The position numbers and the translations under genes are program-made. 64,000 nucleotides of DNA from Anaeramoeba ignava BMAN. Taxonomy: Eukaryota; Protista; Anaeramoebae. The notes beneath the pieces were generated by a model. It was not told where the DNA came from. It saw only the letters and a program-made list of their open reading frames with translations, and made no database searches. Of the stretch, positions 54,410 through 64,000 are shown piece after piece (the stretch's first letter is position 1; each line of letters opens with the position of its first letter). Where the stretch lies: the NCBI GenBank assembly GCA_028826165.1, contig JAPDFW010000070.1, forward strand, positions 992,001-1,056,000, read 5' to 3'.

Positions 54410-54967
54410 TTAGTTTTTTTGGAAATTATAATAATAATAATTTAATAATTCATCAAATGTTGGTTCTTTGCATTGATCCGAACGGTGACCTTGTTTCCCA
54501 CAATTTGAACAATAAATTCTAACGCCCGGATTTTGAGGAAGAATAGGAATTTGATTTTCTTGAGATTTAGGAATTCTTTGATGATTTCTTTTTGAATATA
54601 AAGAATATTTATTAAGTGGACATTCTCTTTCAATATGTCCTAATTCTCCACATTTATAACATCTTATTGTTGCATATTTTGGTGTAAAATAACGAGGAGA
54701 TGGATTGATTTCATTTTGTTCTGTTTCTTCATCAGAATTTTCTAATGAATCTGTACTTTTTCTTTTCTGTTTTTTTTTTGTTGTTGTTTTTTTATTTTCT
54801 GTTTTTTTATTTTCTTTATTTTGTCTTCCATAATAAATTTGTGAATAAAGGAAGTCAATATCTTCTTTTTCTTTTTCATTTATTTGTTCTTTTTCTTTTT
54901 CATTTATTTGTTCTTTTTCATTTATTTTTTCTTGTTCTTTTTCTTGATTTAAATTATTTGTTGTCAT
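54410..54967 (-). CDS. Two-CCHC zinc-knuckle protein
   Basis: CYKCGELGHIEREC and CSNCGKQGHRSDQC. Confidence 0.85.
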   Translation of the reverse strand: MTTNNLNQEKEQEKINEKEQINEKEKEQINEKEKEDIDFLYSQIYYGRQNKENKKTENKKTTTKKKQKRKSTDSLENSDEETEQNEINPSPRYFTPKYATIRCYKCGELGHIERECPLNKYSLYSKRNHQRIPKSQENQIPILPQNPGVRIYCSNCGKQGHRSDQCKEPTFDELLNYYYYNFQKN

Positions 54968-55059
54968 TTTATATAAAAAAATGAAATTAAAAAAATGAAA
55001 ATAATTTTTTGATTTGAAATTTATTTTTGATTTTTGGATTAAAAAAAAAAGATTTTTAA

Positions 55060-55790
55060 ATTTGATTTTGATTTAAAATTGATTTAAATTTGATTCAATT
55101 TTGATTTAAAATTGATATAAAATTGATATAAATTTGATTTAAAATTGATATAAAATTGATATAAAATTGATTTAAAATTGATATAAAATTGATTTAAATT
55201 TGAAGATTTAAAATTGATTTAAAATTGATATGATTTGATATTGATTTAAAATTGATTTAAAAATTGATTTAAAAATTGATTTAAAATTGATTTAAAATTG
55301 ATATAAAATTGATTTAAAATTGATATAAAATTGATTTAAAATTGATATAAAATTGATTTAAAATTGATATAAAATTGATATAAAATTGATTTAAAATTGA
55401 TTTAAAATTGATTTAAAATTGATTTAAAATTGATTTAAAATTGATTTAAAATTGATTTAAAATTGATTTAAAATTGATTTAAAATTGATATAAAATTGAT
55501 TTAAAATTGATTTAAAATTGATTTAAAATTGATTTAAAATTGATTTAAAATTGATTTATATATAAAATTGATTTAAAATTGATTTAAAATTGATTTAAAA
55601 TTGATTTAAATTGATTTAAAATTGATATAAAATTGATTTAAAATTGATTTAAAATTGATTTAAAATTGATTTAAAATTGATTTAAAATTGATTTAAAATT
55701 GATTTAAAATTGATTTGATTTTGATTTAAAATTGATTTGATTTTGATTTGATTTTGATTTAAAATTGATTTAAAATTGATATAAATTTGA
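55060..55790. repeat. 11-bp minisatellite AAAATTGAT(T/A)T
   Basis: Directly visible. Confidence 0.9.
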
Positions 55791-55813
55791 ATGAATTGAA
55801 TTGAATCAATAAC

Positions 55814-57705
55814 TTAAACATAACTTTCTTTTTTTTGTGGAATTCCAGAATCAGAATTTGAATCAGATGTATTTGTTGTATCTGATGTATTTGAATTAGT
55901 ATCTGATGTAGTTACATCATCAGGAACTTGAAATTGTTGATCTGGTTTTTGTGTAGTTGTAATAATTTCACTTGTGTTTTCTGGTTGTGGTTGTGGTTGT
56001 GATTGTGTTCTTGTTTCTGGATAATATTCTTGATCTTCAATTTTTTGTGGTTTTTGCATGTTTCCAAATCCTGATTCTACTTCATCACTATAAACACTTG
56101 CAAATAATTCTAAAATCTATTTCAATTTTAAAATTAAAATTAATATTAATCAAATTAAAATTAAATTTAAAATAAAAATTAAAATTAAAATTAAAATTAA
56201 AATTAAAATTAAAATTAAAATTAAAATTAAAATTAAAATTAAAATTAAAATTAAAATTAAAATTAAAATTAAAATTAAAATTAAAATTAAAATTAAAATT
56301 AAAATTAATAATTAAAATTAAAATTAAAATTAAAATTAAAATTAAAATTAAAATTAAAATTAAAATTAAAATTAAAATTAAAATTAAAATTAAAATTAAT
56401 ATTAAAATTAAAATTCATTTATAATATTAAAATTAAAATTAATATTAATATTAAAATTAAAATTAAAATTAAAATTAAAATTAAAATTAAAATTAAAATT
56501 CATACAAGAACAATGCAAGAAATTGCAACACCAAAAACATAAACACGACTTGCAGTTTTACAACTTTTTTTTAAATCTTGAAGTATTAAACATTGTTCAT
56601 TATAAACAACATGAGCACCAAATAAAGATAAAAGAATAACAACAACAATAGAAACTTCAATATTCTTTCTTGCAATATCATTTAAACTATCAACTTTTTT
56701 TAAAATAAGGAAAATAACTGATAATAACAATGAAAAAAGTGTTGTAAAAATGAAAAGTAAATAATATTTTGAATCTGTTTTTCCAAATGAACCTATTTTT
56801 TTTGAAATAAATTATATTGAAATAAATTGTTTTGAAATAAATTGTTAATAAATTATATTGAAATAAATTGTTTTGAAATTATTTAAATAAATTGATTTGA
56901 AATAAATTGTTTTAAAATTGTTTTAAAATTGTTTTGAAATTGTTTTGAAATTGTTTTGAAATTGTTTTGAAATTATTTTGAAATAAATTGTTTTAAAATA
57001 AATTGTTTTGAAATAAATTTAATTGAAATAAATTGTTTTGAAATTATTTAAATAAATTGTTTTGAAATTGTTTTAAAATTATTTTAAAATTGTTTTAAAA
57101 TTATTTTAAAATTGTTTTAAAATTGTTTTGAAATTGTTTTAATAAATTGTTTTGAAATTATTTTAAATAAATTGTTTTAAAATAAATTTAATTGAAATAA
57201 ATTGTTAATAAATTGTATTGAAATGAATTGTTTAAATAAATTGATTTGAAATAAATTATATTGAAATAAATTGTTTTGAAATAAATTGTTAATAAATTAT
57301 ATTGAAATAAATTGTTTTGAAATTGTTTTAAAATTGTTTTAAAATTGTTTAAATAAATTGTTTTGAAATTGTTTTAAAATTATTTAAATAAATTGTTTTG
57401 AAATTGTTTTGAAATTATTTTAAAATTGTTTTAAAATTGTTTTAATAAATTGTTTTGAAATAAATTACCAACTCCTCCAATAGAAAAGAACCAGGAGAAC
57501 TTTTAATAAAAATTTTTGTTAATTTTTTATTAATTTTTTTGTTAATTTTTTTGTTAATTTTTTTGTTAATTTTTGTTAATTTTTTTTATTAATTTTTTTA
57601 TTTAATTTTTTTATTTTAATTTAAATTTAAATTTAAATTTACAATATTAATTAAATGTAAAATAATTTCAAATTTAATAGAACGAAAAAATCCAAAAAAA
57701 GACAT
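55814..57705 (-). CDS. Small four-TM (MARVEL-like) membrane protein with acidic/Thr-rich tail, 4 exons
   Basis: Spliced by eye: MSFFGFFRSIKFEIILHLINI|FSWFFSIGGV|GSFGKTDSKYYLLFIFTTLFSLLLSVIF...GVAISCIVL|ILELFASVY...QKKESYV*. The family call is tentative. Confidence 0.6.
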
Positions 57706-57781
57706 AAAGAAATAAAATGAAAAAAATGAAAAAAATGAAAAAAAAATTTTTAATTAAATTTTTTTATTTTTTAAAATTTCT

Positions 57782-60700
57782 TTACACCTTTAATATTTTT
57801 TGTTTCTTTTTCTTTTTTTTTGAAATAATTTTTATCATAATACTTGTCACAATAAAACTGATCAAAATAAGAATAACAAACAAAAAAAGATAGACTTTCT
57901 TGTTTATAACATTTTTTTGATTTTCAATCTCAATCATTTTATGAAGATAAAGATGTTGATTTATGGTTCCATTTTTGAGTTCAAACTGAGAAGGATTTGG
58001 ATAAATAGTATCCAATAAACCAACTACTTCCTGAATAATCTGAGATGTATTTGGATCAGAATAGTTTAAATTATCGACTACAGAGAAGTAGAACTCTTTG
58101 GTTTGAAATATCTTGTCTAAAAAATACTGATTTTCTGAAGAATTTGAACCCAAATGAATTTTCAAAAATTTAAATTCTTCATACAAAATGTCATGAAGAT
58201 TTGCCTTTTCAGAAATTTTTTTTTCTTGAATTCGTTTCACAATATTTTCGCATTGTTCGAATTCCTCCAAACGTATCGGAACATAAGTGATATTTACTGA
58301 GTCCAATTCGGAAATATTTAGTTTCGAAGTATTGGAGTTATTTGCATAAGTTACATTTTGATTTGGATCTATTTGTGTATCATTTGAATTTGTATTATTT
58401 GAGTTTGTAATGTTGATATTCTCGTTGTTTAGGAGATTGCTCTTGTTTCTTCTTTGTAATATGTAATTTGTCGAGAATTTATAATATGAATAATGTTCAT
58501 ATCCTTCTTTTAAATCATATTTTTGACAATATAATTTTCCTGTTTCTTCATAACTAAATAATTTTTTAAGATGTTCCCAGAAATCTTCATTGACAAAGTT
58601 CGTTAATTTATTTGCGACTATTCTTAATTCAGATTCTTCAATAATACTAAAAAAGAATATAAAAGATGATTTTAATAAATTCTTTTTTTCTTTCTCAAAT
58701 TAATAAAAAATACCCATTTTTATTCAAATCAACTTTTTTTTCAAGCCATTCTTGAATAGTAAATGTTAAATTTTCTTGTATTAAAAATTGATAATATAAA
58801 AATAAAAAAGGTAAATCTTTTTCATGTGGAAATTTTCTTGATTTTGTTGATTCCCAAAGTTCAATCCATCTAAGATTATTATTTCCAAATTTTGATTATT
58901 ATTTTTTTTTTTAATAAAATAATTTGATGTTTTTTTTTTTTTTGGAATTTTTCTATATTACTTATTTTGTAATTTTTCAACTATTATTTTATCTATTAAA
59001 TGTGGTTTATTTGCTGGAAGTTTTCTTGATGAAATTCCAAATTCTTTATTTAATAAATTATTTGCTTTTCTGATAGATTTTTCAATTGGATTATAATTTT
59101 TATTAGAATTATTTGAGATAATTTCTGTTGAATTTAAATTTTGATTTTGATTTTGATTTTGAGTTTGATTTTGATTTTCATTTAAATTTTCATTTTGATT
59201 TAAATTTTCATTTTGATTTTGATTTAAATTTTGATTTTGATTTAAATTTTCATTTTGATTTTCATTTTGATTTTCATTTTGATTTTGATTTAAATTTTGA
59301 TTTAAATTTTCATTTTGATTTTGATTTAAATTTTCATTTTCATTTAAATTTTCATTTTGATTTTCATTTTGATTTTCATTTTGATTTTGATTTAAATTTT
59401 GATTTAAATTTTCATTTTGATTTTGATTTAAATTTTCATTTTCATTTAAATTTTCATTTAAATTTTCATTTTGATTTTGAGTTTCATTTTGATTTTGATT
59501 TTGATTTTGATTTTCATTTAAATTTTGATTTTGAGTTTCATTTAAATTTTCATTTTGATTTTCATTTAAATTTTCATTTTGATTTAAATTTTGATTTTGA
59601 GTTTCATTTAAATTTTGATTTTCATTTTGATTTTCAATTTGATTTTGATTTTGATTTTGATTTTCATTTAAATTTTGGTTTAAATTTTCATTTTGGTTTA
59701 AATTTTCATTTTGATTTAAAGTTTCATTTAAATTTTCATTTTCAGTTTCATTTCCCCAATCAATAAAAAAACTGATATTTTTTTCAATTTGTTGATTTTT
59801 AAACTTTCCTTCTATTATTAAGTCAAATTCTTCTGTAACATTCATATCCATTAATGTAAAAGTTATAATTTTTTTAATTTTTGATATTGAAGCACTTCTT
59901 ATAGCTTTTGAAGCAGAAAAATTAATTCTTTGAATTTCTCCATGTTTAAACATATTTGTTAAATTAAAATAAAAAGCTGAAATTTTATCAGAAAGATAAA
60001 TTGAATCAGTCTAAAAAAAAAAAGTAAATATTATTTTTTTTTAAAATAAGAATAAAAAAAATGTTTAAAAATTAGATATTAAATAGCAAACCATCCAACT
60101 AATTTCATAACATAAAATATTATTTTGTAAAAGTTCCATTCCACAATCACCTCCATCATAAGCACAACTAGAAACATTACAAACTCTATCACAAAATTTA
60201 TCTCCAATCCAAGAACTTAAACAACCTTGTGAACAATAACTTGGAAAAACTTTTTATTTATTTTTTAATTTAATTTTGAATATTTTAATTTAATTTAAAT
60301 TCGGATATTTTTTTTTAATACATTTATTTGTCCATTTGTTTTCAAATCTTGATGTAGTTGAAGTACTTTGTGTTTGATTTTGTGAACTTGATGATTTATT
60401 ATTATTTAAACAATCACCTCCATCCCAATCACATTCTTCATTATTACAAGCAGAATCACAATATCCATCACCAATCCAATTTGATAAACATCCTTGTGCA
60501 CAATTTGGAATAGATTCTCCCAAAAAAACCTTTGTGTTTTTTTTAGGAATAATAATAATAATAACAAATTTTTAATTTAATTTTTTCTTTTTTTCTTTTT
60601 TTTGAATTTTAAACTTTTTGGCCTTGATTTGTATAAAATTGATCTGGCCAAACACTTTTTATAATAAAAGAATTATCATTAAAATAAAGGAATTTTTCAC

Positions 60701-61760
60701 TAAGTCCTGGAATTTGATGAATTTGAGCTTCTATTGCATTTCTTTGAATAAATAATTATAAATTCAAATAAAAATAAAAATAAAAATAAAAATAAAAATA
60801 AAAATAAAAATAAAAATAAAAATAAAAATAAAGGAAATTTAATTTGATAAGGAATATACATTGAAAATGTTGGAAGATTTTCTGGGTTTGTAAATATTTC
60901 TTTATGTTGAATTATTGAAATTTTTGGATTTGATAAATTCAACCAATTTGGAATTTGACCATTTGTTATAATGTAAATATGATGAATCCAAGGAGCAAAG
61001 AGATCAACAGATCTAAGTGAATATTTTAATTGATGATTATCTTTTAATATTTTAGATACTATTTTGATTTCAGTATCATTGATATTATTTGTCCCTAATA
61101 TATTTATTATTTAATATTTAATATTTATTTAATATTTAATATTTATTTAATATTTATTTAATATTTAATATTTATTTAATATTTATTTAATATTTATTAT
61201 TTAATATTTATTTAATAAATATTTATTTAATATTTAATATTTATTTAATTTTTATTAATATTTAATATTTATTTAATATTTAATATTTATTTAATTTACA
61301 ATTTCTAAATTGTTTTTCATATTCATCCTTTTCATTTTGATAAATTGGATCTGATTCATTAGTCCAAATATAAACTAAATCCATTGGTTTTAATCTAAGA
61401 TTTTCAAAACATTCATCAACAATATTATCACAATATTCTGTTTGATTTTTTGTTTTTTGTATAACTAAATAAAGAAAAAAAAATTTTTTTTTGATATTTT
61501 TATCAAGAAAAAATAACTAAAAAAAATTTATTCAAACCTTCATTTAAAATTGAAAAAGTTGAATAACTTGTAATATTTAATGTTATAAAACCTAAAATAA
61601 CACATAAAAGAATTCCTGTTCTTCTTGATAAAAAATTTAAAAGTTGTTTTCTCATAACTTTTTTCCAAGTACTTTTTGTTATAATTCGACTTTGTTTTTG
61701 TTTAGAACCACAAATTAATGAACTTGATCGAAGTTTTTTATTTGATTTAAGTTTAATCAT
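57782..61760 (-). CDS. GNPTAB-like Stealth-family protein (N- and C-terminal TM, two LNR/Notch repeats), multi-exon
   Basis: CR1 [14 protein letters not shown]; CR2 [49 protein letters not shown]; [30 protein letters not shown]; CR3 [10 protein letters not shown]; CR4 ..YPNPSQFEL. Confidence 0.85.
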
Positions 61761-61854
61761 ATTAACATTAAATGAAAATAAAAAAATGAAAATTGAAAAA
61801 ATCGAAAAAAATTTTTGGAAGTTTTTTTTATTAAAAAAAATTTGTTAGATTATT

Positions 61855-62578
61855 AGATTAAATTTAAATTGATTTAATTTAATTTTGATTTAATTTGATT
61901 TAATTTAAATTGATTTAAATAGATTTGATTTGGATTTGATTTGATTTAATTTAATTTGATTTAATTTCAGATTTAATTTCAGATTGGATTTGATTTAAAT
62001 TTGATTTAAATTTGATTTAATTTAATTTAATTTAATTTAATTTGATTTCAGATTTGATTTGATTTGATTTAATTTTGATTGATTTGAATTAATTTTGATT
62101 TAAATTTGATTTGATTTAATTTGATTTAAATAGATTTGATTTAATTTTGATTTAAATTTGATTTGATTTAATTTGATTTAATTTCAGATTTAATTTGATT
62201 TGATTTAATTTAATTTTGATTTGATTTAAATTGATTTTGATTTAAATTAATTTAATTTCATTTAATTTGATTTAATTTAATTTAAATTTGATTTGATTTA
62301 ATTTGGATTTAATTTAATTTAATTTAATTTCAGATTTAAAATTGATTTAATTTAATTTAATTTAATTTCAGATTTAATTTAATTTAATTTAAATTGATTT
62401 AATTTTGATTTGATTTGATTTGATTTAATTTTGATTTGATTTGATTTGATTTGATTTAATTTTGATTTAATTTGATTTGATTTAATTTCAGATTTAAATT
62501 TGATTTGATTTAATTGAATTGATTTAATTAATTTTAAATTGAATCGAATTGATTTCAGATTTAAATTGATTTAATTTT
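61855..62578. repeat. GATTT/AATTT pentamer tract (intergenic)
   Basis: Directly visible. Confidence 0.88.
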
Positions 62579-62602
62579 TTAAAAAAAATATCAAAAGAGT
62601 AA

Positions 62603-64000
62603 TTAAAAGTGAATGGGTTTAAAATAAGCAGCAAAAGCAGTTTCAAGAATAGCTTCACTTAAAGTAGGATGAGGATGACAAACATGAGATAATTGCTTAA
62701 CAGTTAAACCATATTGCATAGCAACAGAACATTCAGTAATAGCTTCAGAAGCATTTGGACCGATAACATGAGCACCAAGAAGTTTATGATCTTGGTCAGT
62801 TAAGAACTTAACAAATCCATCAGTTTGAGACATTGCTCTAGCTCTTGAGTTTGCAATATAAGGGAATTTTGACTTGCGATATTTTATACCACTTGATTTA
62901 AGTTGTTCTTCAGTTTTCCCGATTTTGGCTACTTCGGGTGTTGTATAAATTACTTCGGGAATAATATCATAATTAATATGTGAATTTCCTCCATTCATTA
63001 TACTAACAGCAGCAATTCCTTCCTCTTCTGCTTTATGAGCCAACATTGGGCCACGAACAATATCGCCAATTGCATAAATTCCTGGTATGTTTGTTTCAAA
63101 TTTTTCATTGATTTCAACTTGTCTTTTGTTCATTTTTATTCCTAATTTTTCTAATCCTAATCCTTCTGTAACTGGTTTTCTTCCAACAGATACTAAAACT
63201 GAATCCGCTTCAATATCTATTACTTTTGAATCTTTTTCTTTTATTGGAAGTACTTTCAATTTTGCTGTGTTGTTCTCTACTCTCTACTTTTAATTTTATT
63301 CCTTGTTTTTTGCAATTCCGTTTCTTTTATTTGCAATTGGAAACAACTGTAACATCAGCTCCAAATCTTATTTCCTTGTTTTTAAGATGCATTAAAAGTG
63401 TTTGTCCGATTTCTTTATCTAAGGTTTTAAATTTTAATTTTAATTTTAATTTTATAAATTGATTTTAATTTTAATTTTAATTTTTAACAACTTTAACATC
63501 AGCTCCAAATTTTAATTCCAAACAGTTAAATTGATTATAATTTTAATTTTATAAATGAATTTTTAAATTTAATTTTATAAATGAATTTAAATTATAATTA
63601 TAATTTTAATTTTAATTTTAATTTTAAATTTAATTTTAATTTTAATTTTAATTTTATAAATGAATTTTAATTTTAATTTTAATTTTATAAATGAATTTTA
63701 ATTTTGATTTTAATTTTAAATTTTATTTTAATTTTAATTTTATAAATGAATTTTAATTAAATTTGGTAAAAAATACCAATTCAAGACCAATAACACCACC
63801 ACCAATAATAATCATTTTTTTAGGAATTCTATTTAAAGATAAAGCACCACGAGAAGAAAGAACAACTTTTTCATCAATTTTTAACCAAGGAAAATCAATA
63901 AAATCAGAACCAGTTGCAATTAAAATATTTTTAGCATCAATAATTTCCTTTTCATTTGTTTCATTTTTTTCAATTAAAACTTGACCAGGTTTTGTAATTG
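62603..64000 (-). CDS. DLD: Dihydrolipoamide dehydrogenase (E3 / glycine cleavage L protein), 5' partial; middle segment garbled
   Basis: IATGS, IIGGGVIGLE, VSVGRKP, IYAIGD, GPMLAHKAEEEG, VIYTTPEVA, HPHPTLSEA. Confidence 0.9.

Noticed and set aside
54410-54967. CCHC protein as a retrotransposon gag
   Set aside because: No protease, RT or integrase ORF, LTRs or target-site duplications are visible nearby.
21611-56500. Universal transcription-linked strand bias of intronic repeats
   Set aside because: Many minus-strand gene introns are T-rich on the plus strand, but those at 21611-22048 and ~56120-56500 are the opposite.
1-64000. Alternative genetic code, trans-splicing or split genes suggested by fragmented ORFs
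   Set aside because: Fragments join in frame via ordinary GT-AG cis introns, and TAA/TGA act as normal stops.
1-64000. tRNA, rRNA or other structured RNA genes
   Set aside because: No GC-containing non-coding segment with recognisable motifs was seen by eye. A covariance-model search would be needed to exclude small RNAs.

Overview
This window is extremely AT-rich, intron-containing eukaryotic DNA with GT-AG introns and a standard genetic code. The gene content (BTB-TLDc, RCC1-BTB, RhoBTB, LisH-RasGEF, cAMP-receptor-like GPCRs) suggests an amoeboid protist, possibly an Anaeramoeba-like metamonad; this is inference only. Left to right it holds: a partial ARM-repeat gene built from tandem exon+intron units; nine tandem two-exon 7TM GPCRs; a TMEM131-like gene; RhoBTB and an atypical Rac; two damaged RCC1-BTB paralogs; alpha-actinin; two BTB-TLDc genes; an RNF126-like RING ligase; a LisH-RasGEF; a zinc-knuckle protein; a 4-TM protein; a degenerate GNPTAB/Stealth homolog; and the 3' part of dihydrolipoamide dehydrogenase. 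Long simple-repeat tracts separate many genes. The standout feature is in the TLDc domain of both BTB-TLDc genes. Each is interrupted at the same codon by near-identical ~175-bp GT-AG introns separated by 3-nt putative micro-exons (8 in one gene, 3 in the other). The triplets vary at their first and third bases but always have T in the middle, which is the wobble position. This may be a combinatorial single-codon splicing cassette. Gene models were spliced by eye and no RNA evidence is available.
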